Notes under the pieces: generated by a model
What the model saw: only the letters and a program-made list of their open reading frames with translations
What the model was told of the DNA's origin: nothing
Database searches by the model: none
From: Adineta ricciae
Taxonomy: Eukaryota
Direction of reading: 5' to 3'
DNA: 41,278 nucleotides
Assembly: GCA_905250025.1 (NCBI GenBank)
Contig: CAJNOJ010000059.1
Coordinates: forward strand, 1-41,278
In this document: positions 13,301-24,037 of the stretch, piece after piece
Layout of the letters: every line of letters starts with the position of its first letter
How positions within the stretch are numbered: position 1 is the stretch's first letter
Position numbers and translations under genes: made by a program

Positions 13301-13561
13301 GAAAAGTAAAAGAAATTGTACAAAGATGAACATACGGTATGATTATCATTCGTTCTGGCCCATAGATAACTGTCTCATGATCTTGTTTTACGAATGTTTT
13401 CGGGCCAACTTCAATCCGCGTTACATTGGCGTTTTGATCCAAAACATGGATATAATAAAATGGTGGAATGCGATAGACTAAAATTCACAAAGCATTCATA
13501 CGAATCAACTATGAACAAGTAGAATCTTGTTACCTCCGCCGGAATGTTTAGTGTTCGACAT
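10366..13561 (-). CDS. MVP: Major vault protein (MVP), paralog 2, about 840 aa, inverted and tail-to-tail with paralog 1
   Basis: Thirteen exons on the minus strand: approx 13534-13561, 13336-13477, 12985-13268, 12703-12929, 12523-12648, 12360-12470, 12179-12301, 11220-12122, 11139-11170, 11011-11084, 10816-10950, 10539-10762, 10366-10479. Introns are 52-67 bp. The sequence is [38 protein letters not shown]...[39 protein letters not shown]...[24 protein letters not shown]. Only the VP|PRHYC intron is clearly shared with paralog 1. The intron near GE(K/T)SFF is offset by a few codons. Confidence 0.9.
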
Positions 13562-14100
13562 GACTATTCTTTGTGATTGAATCAAGTCCGTGAATGAAAG
13601 CAAATTTGCGGGGCTTTTTATTTAGGAGACGGAATGTCGACACAAGTGTGACATATTGGGGCCGAGTAGGAGAACATCAGTTTCAGGTCAATGATGAAAT
13701 CTCAAAGGAGGAATTGCACGAGCATTTTAAGAAAACAAGAAATTCTTAGATAACAATCGCGGTTTGTTTTCTTTACTAAGCTTGAAGAACGAGTAAGAAG
13801 GGGTTGGCGAGAGAGTGAATAAGAGAAGAACGACAAAAAAAGAACTATTGTATTGCAACTGAATGGAGAAATATTTAGTTGTGAAACTTGTCTTTCATTG
13901 ATAAAAGCAGTTTGACAGGAATATGATGCAATTTAAGGTCATATCACTGAAATCGATCTAAGACAGTATTTTCTTTATATTAAATAATGATTTTATTCAA
14001 CAAATTGATTCACATAAATATAAAACAATTGTTTAACGATTAAAATATCAATGAAAGATTATTCGTTGTACACAAATACTCAAAAATTCTTCTTTGAAAT

Positions 14101-15471
14101 TCAAATATCACGCCATGTAATCAGCTTGGTTGTGTCCGTTAGATAATTTCCACTTTTGCCCTCGTCATTCCGTCCTTCATTATATAAAATAACTCCAATG
14201 ATAACCAATATTGTCCCAAAACCACTTAAGAATGTAATTGGATTGCCAAAGAGCAAGATCGACAACCAAATCAACAATCCACGTTTCACCGTATTGACCA
14301 CACTGAAAAATCCCTCGAATATACGATCAAATCACACTCATCTATCATATCTACCTATGTGTTATCGGTGATATATACGCCATAAGAGCAAACGCGCATA
14401 CGGATTGCATATGATAAAACAATCCATTGAAAGCATAGAGAATCATCAGATCATTTGACGTCGAATTGATTACGGACGGCAAATCGACGTAATAGTATAA
14501 CAAAGGTAGTTGAAAAACGCATGCGACAAGACTAGTCCATAGTTGCAATTCAATGGCTGTGTAACGATATTTTTCGCCGCTGAGCAACAATTTCGAATAG
14601 ACGTTTTGTAAACTATAGAAATCAAAATTACTTATAGTCATCGATGGAAGAAAGTCATACCAATCGAAAATGTTTGTACCTAGTGCGCATAAAAATCCGA
14701 ACATGTCAAAACTCAGTTCGAATGAACTGCATAAACAGAGACCAGTTGTAATTGGAATCATCGACACCTTTGTTCCATAACCTAAGACAAATTTCAATGA
14801 CTCGTATTGGAATTGGTCAAAAAAAGTCGTTCAAAACTACTTTCTCTCTCGATGCGAAACTTCGAAAAGGAATTTTAGAGATTAGTCGAAACCCGACGAA
14901 TTTGTTTGTAACTTCAATGATTAAAAACTCATTTACTTGTTCTTTCTCCAAGTAAAATTCGGCTGATAACAACCGTAAATAATGGAGAAGACGATTTGAT
15001 CGTGGCGAGAAATGATACTGCTATATATTTCATCGCAAACAATCCGAAAATGACAGTCGCAGATCGAAATGCACCAATAAACAACATATCACGATATAAA
15101 TTCTTCATAACAGTTGAACTTTTTTGAGCTGGAACATGAAACTTATTCGTAAATCCCATTTGGATATAACTACTAATCACAGAAATTAAAAGTTGAGTTA
15201 TGCCTAGATTAGAATTAAGTCAAAATCAATAAAAAATAAGCATCGATTATACTGTGATTAACATACCTAATATAAACGCGTCACCATGTAAATGACTTAA
15301 GATATATTTATTAAGAAACAATGTTGCACCTGATGCAACATACCAAATGACCAAAATTATTATTGCCATGGTATGGCGTAAACCTTGTGGAACATCGAGT
15401 AGAACTCGTTCCGGCGAAATATGTACATCTGTTCTATCCGAGACGACTTCTACTAAACTTGTTATTGGCAT
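14101..15471 (-). CDS. SLC35 / triose-phosphate-translocator-family nucleotide-sugar-type transporter (multi-pass membrane protein)
   Basis: Multi-exon gene on the minus strand; exons were not all mapped. Family motifs: SFLATIKSSSPLFTVVISRILLGE, CLQNVYSKLLLSGEKYR (spliced across a 48-bp intron), AYISPITHSVVNTVKRGLLIWLSILLFGNPIT. The start is MPITSLVEVV (ATG approx 15469-15471) and the stop is at 14101. Confidence 0.75.
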
Positions 15472-18400
15472 GAATAAATTTACAATAATAAAATAACTGC
15501 ATAGATATTCCACAGAATATTATTCGGGATACAAAACTGTATCGCAAAGATTAGATATGGCAATAATGGCAACAATCAGTTTTGTTTGATGTTATTTTGT
15601 TGTATGTACAGACAGATGCAGACAGACATAGTTAGCATAGCATATTAAAAAGAACGGTTTCCATTGGCTCTTGAATATGAGCAGTGACTGTGAAATGGAT
15701 AGATGGTGTGCTGTATTAATCTGCTCATTCGGTCGGTATGAACATGAAGAATGAAGCAAGATTTGTTACAATCTATTGCACACAAACATCAAATTGACAA
15801 AATGTCAATAGATTTCCGTTGTGAAATGTTTTTGAACGATAGTTGAGTTGACATTTATTCTAAATGCACACTTCATTAGTAAAACTAGTCCATTGCATTC
15901 TTTTTCTGATGAGGTCAAGTCTGTCCCGGAAATGTTTCGCTGTAATAGATCTGTTGATTTATAAAACATGTTAACATGGATGTTTCTGAGGATCTGATAA
16001 TGACAAGCACTCTGCTATCAAAGAGCAGTTCAACTGAAAAGTAGAATTACGTTGTTTTTTTTTCATCTAACTTACGTAAATATACAGTGATGTATCCTAG
16101 AAATATCAAATAGAACGACATATTCGTGTCTTGGGTGAACAAGTACTGTTTCCCATTTCCGCTATAAGAAAGTTAATTCTAATTTATAAAAAGAAATTTT
16201 CTTAATCGTATATGGCGCAACCGTTTATTGACAAGGCGATTATATGGTAGACTTAGTTATTGACTGATGTCATACGAGAAATTAAACACCCATGCAATTT
16301 GCATGGAAGACATTGGCACAGATGTGCCTGAAGAATACAAATCACATAATAAAATGATTATCAGCTAGATTTTTCACTGTCAATGGCAATTGGTATACAT
16401 ATTTATTGGTAGATCAAGCAGGACAGGAAGTAAGCGAGGTCTAAATTTCCTTTGATGGAAAACTGTCGCTTTGAAAAATTAGTACTGACTGTTTACTTTA
16501 GTCAGAAGTTTTGGGTCATATTTTTCTGCTCGCGTGACGCGTACACATTGGTAAACGTTTGTTCAGAGTAAATCTTATTCGGAAAAAGATTTCTATTTAT
16601 TTAAGAGATGAGTTCATGAGAGCAGTCTATATAATCGTGAATATTTGAATAAGAGGTCTGCTGATTTTTATGGAAATCTTTGTTGAGGACACGCTATTTC
16701 CGATAAAAATAGAACTTCGGCGCCCAGAATGTTAGAGAAATGGTGCCAATCATACCTTGTTCTTATCACATCCAGATTTTCCATTTTTAATTAGATAAAA
16801 AGTTTGTAGTTTGCCAGACGGAATTTGTTTATTCATTCCATTAGTTTTTTATGAATGACCGTATTTTTAGGCATTACAAAATTTTCCTTTTTCTGTCTTG
16901 TACTCGGATTTGGATCACAAATCTATACAAAAGATCTGAATCTTTATTAACAACTTCGGCGATAGTTAAGCGTGAATCTGCCATACGAGTAAATTCAAAT
17001 AAAGCCCTACCGTACTTCCAGGCTCTCTAATTTCATGAACCGATGATCTAATCGAATAGTTATCTTCCCAGAATGCTATTTTCAGAATACAGAAGAAATC
17101 TTTTTCTTTTACGAGCATGAAAATTACAGAAGAGTACATTCAACCCACAATCCGCTTTTATTTAATGAAATACCGACGTCAATTCAAGGAAAATTAGTAA
17201 TTCTAGAAAGTACCACATGATGTGTCGTCTGTTATGAGACTATGTGTTTCTTTCTAAATACGCATAGAAAAAAAAACTAAGTAGCTTGATAATTTTTCGA
17301 GTCGTGCTGCGATTAGCGTGTAATGGTTGTAACTCACGTAACAAGTAAGATGGTTGCTGATTTAAGTAATCTTTCTGAACGCTAAGTCCAATATAATGTT
17401 CGGAAAAGCAACCTTCTCTTGCATAAACTATTTAATTATTTTCAGAACTAATCTTCAGCACCTTTAGTATGCAGTTAATACTCTCATGAAATGACGACAT
17501 AAAACTATTAGTGAAAATCAAGTGAACTTTATAAAACGCATATATGAACTATTCCAGATATAACTACGACTTGCTAAACAAAGGCTAGCAGTTCAAAGGT
17601 ACTACTTCGTTATATAAGACCTTTTTTCATGTTGATCAAGATTCATTAGAATTATATGGAATGCTTTTAAGACCACCAGCGGGTTACAGAGTTCAAACAT
17701 TTCCGAGGCTAATGAATGGCTTTGGTGTAGTTTTATTTGTCATAATCTCGCAGAACCCTGCTATTTGAATGGATCATTTTGTCTAGAATTACGAGAAGGT
17801 CTTAATTAACTAAATAATGCGAAGTTCTGCGTAGAGTTATTCAATGACTTGCAGATTTGCGTTTGCCTTCTAAATTTTGTCATAAATAATTGATGGAAGA
17901 AAATTTGTTATTCTCATCATTATAAAAACCAGAATTAAATGTGTTCATCTTCACATAGCCGAGCGACAAGATTTGAAAGTTTTTTAATAAGAAAGAAAAT
18001 AGCACAAAAACAGAGCTAAATAATGTTCTCTTCAAACTATGGACGTTCTTTTTTCCTCTATTAATTACAAAGTGCCATTAGGTAGTATTCGTGTTGATTA
18101 GAAATATTCCAAGAACTTTAGCAAAATTGGCACAACATTCCATACGGCAAACTATCCAGGTATAGTTCCGTTCGGAGCGATTTACTGTAGAATATTTTGT
18201 CGTTTAGCACGCAATATGAAGAACTATTGTTACACAACTCACTTACGTCTTCGGACTCATTATAGTTAGAAATTCTAATGAACATGAAGTGTCAAAATAA
18301 AACATGGTCCTCAGATAGACATGGAGACGTGACAAAACGACGCTGTCGATCTACGTCTAATAAAATTTAGATATGTTTTTAATGATAAATTTTCTGAGAA

Positions 18401-19947
18401 TTGTACTTCACGAGGAAAATGACATTGAAATTGTAGTCAACATATCCGGTTATGTTACAGGGGAGTTTATGCAGAAGATGCACTTTTACCAAAGACGAAA
18501 CATTTTCTGATTTAATACCTCAATGTGCAATGCTATCGAGTGCGCGAGACGTTAGAAATTTGCATAGTATACATTCTATTCATTGGATGAGAGCAATCTT
18601 CAAGTGGAAGAAATCGTACTTTAAAACTATTTGAAACAACACGATGTTTGCCAATAAATTACTGAGCTGTTTTGTTTGATATTGCGCAGCATCGTTCTTC
18701 TAAATTTCTCGACGATTGTCAATGTTTTGTATCTAAGAATAGGCTGTAAAATTTTGCCAGATTTAGTTTCTGCTTTTTCTTTATTAGTAATCAAATAGTT
18801 CGTTTAAGAACGTTAAACTCAATTCTATCATTCTTTTACATGTTCTGTAAGGATGAAAACATCGTCGTTTCTCTCACTATAAATAGAGCACAGGAAGTAG
18901 CAGACTTTTGGAAAATCTTTAGGTAGAAAATTTCACATAAGCGCAGCGTATCTAATTAAAAAGTTTTCTTGGAAAATCTTTTAAATACATTGAGAAATTG
19001 TTAGTTTGTCCTGCAGTCAGGTTTGTAATTTAACAGATTTCTAACGATTAGCTTGTTAGCTTCTGTTAACAGGCAGTATAGATAGAAGATTGAATCAACT
19101 TGTTTGCATATGCAAAGTGCAGTTTTCTAAACATACCGACGACTTTATCTTTAGAACAGAATGTGAAGTGTGTTGGAATTCAATTCCGTCGTAGATTTGT
19201 CGGACGAACATTTGTTCTCGTTTTCAACTTTTTTAATAAGTCGTACGATTCAGATAAGGAAATGCAAAAGTTTTCTTTTCTTCGTTGTAAAAGCACAACA
19301 TTAGTTGAATCGACGTCGAGATCTCTGCACTTGTCAGAAGTGAAATAGTGAGAGCAACTTCGTAGAAAACCGAACGTGTTGTACTTATCATTTAGTTCCT
19401 TGAACCTGCTAACATTTCCGAGGTATATTTCCTCTTCAAGAATGATTAGGCGGAATAGATATCATCCAATTAATTCACATGACTAGCTACACTCTATCAG
19501 CTAGGACGGAATAGACATTGTAATACACTTTAGTCCTCATTTTTGAAAGCAGAAAGCATGCCATTTGACGTTTAATAATAAGTTCAAGACAGTCCCATTA
19601 GTAATAATTATTATCATAAAGTAATCTGTCAGAGGTTAGCTCAGAGCTGTTAGCAATTGGAAACACCTTCGGTTTTACTGGAAGTGTAGTTCAGCGGATA
19701 CGACTAGGAAAATATATGAATAGATTTTTTTCTTCGGCATTTAAAACGAGCCAGAAAAAAAAGAAAGAAAGGTTTAGTTTTTGTACTGATACTTTTGCGA
19801 AATATTGATGAAAGTATATCCGGATAGATTATGACGCTTATTTTAATTAGTTCAAGTCATTATTATCGTCTGCAGTAACTCTTGTGGGTTGTATTGATGA
19901 GGAAGAAAAAGAAAAAGAAATTCGCACCAACTTTTTTCTAGATTATT

Positions 19948-21141
19948 TTGATATTCTTCACCATGACTGAAGTCATCAATGGTTCATTGAATAATTCAAC
20001 CAGTTTATCAACTCAACATTCTCCAGATACACTGAAATTTTTCTTCAAACATATTTATTTACTACTAGTTGTCATCATCGGTGGTATTGGCAATGTCTTC
20101 GTTATTATCATCTTCGGCCAACGCGCAGTTCGTACCACAGTTCGATATTCAGGATCGAGTATGTCGGTTTATCCCTTTCTCTTTTACATGGCGATATCAG
20201 ATACAATCTATTTAATTATCATCTTTTGCTTATGGTTATCAAATTATATCAATGTTTTATATCGACCAGGTATTTGCCAAGTGACACTGTATTTGACATA
20301 TGTATGTAACTTTATCAATGCTTATTATACGATTGCATTCACAGCTCAACGCTTATTTGCGGTGATCAATCCATTTCGTGTCTCGCATTTTCTCTCGTGG
20401 TACCGTTCACGATGTTTGGCTTTGTCAATAATCAGTTTTGCTTGTTTATTTTATTCGTATCTACTGGGGACAATTCACATAAAAAATAATACATGTTTCT
20501 CTCGCAAGAGTTGGCATTGGTTCAATAAATACATGGATGTGATTGATAGCATTATTGTTTTTCTTATTCCATATGTGGTTATAATTACAATGAATGCGAT
20601 CATTGTCATCTCGTTACGCCGAATGAAACAAAATCAACACGAATTTCTCTTTCAAAATCATTCCCAATTGAATAAAATTCGCGAAGTTACCCGTCGAAGT
20701 GCATCAAGAAAAATGACGAAATTACTTTTAACTGTTTCAACATCCTATCTGATCATCTGTGCACCGTATGCATGTATTCACACATGGCGTTTATCGCTCA
20801 TCGACGAGAAAACACATGTCAACTTGCAGCTAATTAAAAGTTTAGAATATTATTCACATCAGATTTATCATATCTCGTTTGCCATGAACTTCTACATATA
20901 TATCGTGTTCGGTTCGAAGTTTCGCCGTGAATTGAAGCGATTTTTCACGAAATCCAAACAGAATCTTTATCACCTTGTTCATCAGCAACAAATCTTTGAA
21001 AATGATAACCACATCGAAGTGGAATTATCGGAAAAGAACTCGACCTTAACACACGAATATACTATACATGCGACTCTACATCCGATGAGTCAGAAACTTC
21101 ATCTCCCAAGAAACTATTTTTGTTGTCAGTCTCAAGAGTAA
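19948..21141 (+). CDS. Rhodopsin-like (class A) G-protein-coupled receptor, intronless, 397 aa
   Basis: Single ORF with seven hydrophobic segments. It has a DRY-position variant AQRLFAV after TM3, an NPxxY-like NFYIY in TM7, and a helix-8 FGSKFRRELKRFF. The profile is peptide-receptor-like. Confidence 0.8.
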   Translation: MIFFTMTEVINGSLNNSTSLSTQHSPDTLKFFFKHIYLLLVVIIGGIGNVFVIIIFGQRAVRTTVRYSGSSMSVYPFLFYMAISDTIYLIIIFCLWLSNYINVLYRPGICQVTLYLTYVCNFINAYYTIAFTAQRLFAVINPFRVSHFLSWYRSRCLALSIISFACLFYSYLLGTIHIKNNTCFSRKSWHWFNKYMDVIDSIIVFLIPYVVIITMNAIIVISLRRMKQNQHEFLFQNHSQLNKIREVTRRSASRKMTKLLLTVSTSYLIICAPYACIHTWRLSLIDEKTHVNLQLIKSLEYYSHQIYHISFAMNFYIYIVFGSKFRRELKRFFTKSKQNLYHLVHQQQIFENDNHIEVELSEKNSTLTHEYTIHATLHPMSQKLHLPRNYFCCQSQE

Positions 21142-21374
21142 ATTGTATTTAAAAGAAAAAAAGAAAATGAAACTCATAGATGAATAAATTATATTCACAC
21201 CAACGAGTAGTTATCTTTTACTTTCGATATCTTCAAACGAAGAGAAGTCTTATCATGTCGTATTTATTTTCTTTCATTTGCGAAAGGTGTGCATAAGATT
21301 TTAGCTCGGTGTTTTACAGTCTCTTCAATAGGCACATTTGTCTCTTTTTGTAACTAAAGAAAACGAGCTAAACA

Positions 21375-23012
21375 ATGTCGGACGCGGCGGCAACAACAAA
21401 TGGTTTGATTTCAGAGAAATTTACGAAAATCGTTTTTTGATTTTGTTGTTCATTTTTATAGGAGTAAAGAATAAGTTTGATGGCGATGGCGTGGTATTTA
21501 AAGGCAAACTCATCGGTAGGAAGAAGAATAGATTTCTAATGCAACAAATATATTGTTCTTTTTTTGCGTTTGCTTTGCTCAATCAAGGAATGGAAGATTT
21601 ATCCATGGATCGTGACGAGAAAGTTTGTCTTGATTCAATGTTTAAGTTGAAAGCGGTAGTACGCGCTCGTGGAGAACATAAACAAAGAATTCAATTAAAT
21701 CTAACGATGAATGGAGTGAAAGTTTATGATGACACGTCGAAAGTAGGTGAATAAGAACCATTCATTATTGATAGAGATATTTTGTTTCTGTCTCAGACTT
21801 TAATTGCGTCTCATGAAGTTGAACGAGTCTCGTTCGTGGTTTTAGATCCACGTGACCAACGAGCATTTGGATATGTCTACAATACCAGCGACGATCGACA
21901 TCAATTCTGGGCAATTAAAACCGAACGACAAGCCGCTACAACTGTACTTGCCTTGAAAGAACTTTTTGAAACGGCATTTGAGGAATTTACTAAAGCAGAA
22001 AAAGAAAAAGTAAAAGCTACTTCAGAAGTAACACCTGCACCAACTCCAGTAGCAGAAGTAATTATATTCAGATGCATCTAAATTGATGAGATTCTTCAGT
22101 AACGCGCATAATATTATTGTTTCAGCAATCGACTTTGATATCTACGTCATCACCCACGACACCATCTCCTCAAGTAACAACACCACGAGTATGTATAGTC
22201 TTTCGTTATTTTTCCAATACGACCATGCGAATCTGTAGGCACCTGAAACCGATTCCATATGGGGAGATCTCACTTCGCCTGCAGCTCCAAGTGTAGCACC
22301 AGCACCTCAACAGGTACAACAACAACAACAATCAACACCTAATATCGATCTATGGGATGCAGGTGAACCCAATCTTATGGGAGGTCAGGCTGCTCAAAGT
22401 GTAAGTTCTTTTCAAATGTCATATTAGTATCATTGAGACGAAAATTTATTACATTGACAGTCTTCTGATGATATGTTTGGTTTACTTGGATCACCAACAC
22501 CATCGATACCAGCAGTCAATCAATCAATCCCGGCTGCCACTTCTCCCGCAGACGATCTATTTTCCATGTTTGCACCTGCTGCACCTGCTGCACCAGCGCC
22601 TGTCATTAGTAATACTGCCATTGCTCGACCACCACCACCACCACAACCAGCTATTATTCCCCAACAACCAAATTTACCCTTTGCTACACCCTTCGCAGGC
22701 ATTGTTCCTCAACAACAAAACTTACTCTTTTCCCAACCCGCACCTGCTGTTCCCCGACAACCGCCACCACCGCTACCACAACAGAACTTACTCTTTGCTG
22801 CACCTACGCCATTTGCCGCTCCTCAACAACTACCTCAGCAGAACTTACTCTTTTCCCAACCCGCACCTGTTGTTCCTCAACAACCATCACTACCACAACA
22901 ACAACAACAACAGCAGCCGAGCTTACTCTTAGCTACACCCGCACCTGCTACCGTTCCACCACCAGCTACCAAAGCAGTTGATGAATTCGATTTACTCGGT
23001 GACTTTGCCTAA
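21375..23012 (+). CDS. DAB: Disabled (Dab) family PTB-domain endocytic/signalling adaptor
   Basis: Seven exons: approx 21375-21402, 21462-21515, 21588-21742, 21797-22057, 22126-22188, 22239-22400, 22461-23012. The PTB domain aligns to Dab1/Dab2: VVFKGKLIG, DEKVCLDSMFKLKAVVRARGEHKQRIQLNLTMNGVKVYDD, TLIASHEVERVSFVVLDPRDQRAFGYVY...HQFWAIKTERQAATTVLALKELFE. The C-terminus is Pro/Gln-rich with repeated QQNLLFSQPAP motifs and ends DEFDLLGDFA. Confidence 0.85.
22700..22960 (+). repeat. Imperfect direct repeats of about 40-60 nt within the Dab C-terminal exon (four copies of a PQQNLLF(S/A)xPAPxVP peptide motif) plus CAA/CAG poly-Q runs
   Basis: Seen directly: aacttactcttttcccaacccgcacctg(c/t)tgttcc recurs at approx 22716 and 22842, with partial copies at approx 22785 and 22920. 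CAA runs are at approx 22316-22333 and 22896-22916. Confidence 0.65.
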
Positions 23013-24037
23013 TCGTCTTCACATAACTACCGAACATTTCCAATCTATATTAATTATTATTTCTAATATTCTATTTTTCATCTATGTTTGTACTTAAAAT
23101 GCTATTCGTGTTATTCTTCTTGTGTCGAATAGTTCATATTCATGACTTCAATTCATATCAATAAATTTCAAACCATTTATTCTAGGCCAAACATGGCACA
23201 CCAATACTAAAAACAGTTTGATTCCTAATTCAATTTATTCTTGTTGTCAATATACTTAATTTCTCCTGGCACTTTTCATTTCAACTTTGACAGATCTGTC
23301 ATCTGTTCGTTTTTCGACCACAAGACATCAACATCTTTAGTAATACTTTTTCATGCAATGATAAGACTAGTCAACAGGTTCCTAAACTATTCCTATTTAT
23401 CATATCTCGATTCTTATCTATCTATCTCAAATAGAATAACACAAGAATTTTACAAAATGAATTTCTGCTATGCGTATATTTCGTTCTATTATTACCGACC
23501 AATAATAAACTCGAATGGATGATTTATTCTGACTGGATAAATACGTCAATTATTATATGTGTCCTAGGATATACACATATTTGTGAGAGAACGCTTTCTG
23601 CATACAGAACACGCATAGGCGAAAGAACAGAACAATATGACGTATATTTGCCATGCCGATGTAATGCTTTCAGACAACCTCCGTATATTCGATCAATCAT
23701 AAATATGTACAGAAAAAGAAGTACTAAAGGAAAGGAAATATACGCCCAACACAAACGTTTACTCAATAAAATGAGTAAGAAACCCTTTTTTTCTCACCAG
23801 TAAGTAATCCAAACGATGACCTAAACTTATGGTATTTCTACATGATAAGTTGAAAAACTAAAATAACGAACGATAGCATTGATTACTGATCAGTATTATG
23901 TGTAACAGAAAAAAACAGATTCACGCATGAATGCTCACTATGATATTGACATAAAATGTACAGAAAAATACAAATAGGTGATTGTATAGTTTTCTTTGCA
24001 GCAGCATCAAAGAAATGTTTTCGTTTAACTATTTTAG

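Noticed and set aside
15967-15978. Perfect 12-bp palindrome CATGTTAACATG
   Set aside because: Too short to distinguish from chance in 41 kb of AT-rich DNA. No flanking structure such as a TIR pair or target-site duplication was found.
19681-19704. tRNA-like D-arm string gtgtagttcagcggatacgac and nearby agctcagagct
   Set aside because: No complete cloverleaf can be built: no matching acceptor stem, no anticodon stem, and no T-arm with GTTCRA.
22468-22932. 154-aa ORF rich in H/L/N in another frame of the Dab C-terminal exon, and the 22520-22702 minus ORF
   Set aside because: These are frame-shifted readings of the CAA/CCA-rich repeat region. The Dab frame is supported by splicing continuity from the PTB domain.
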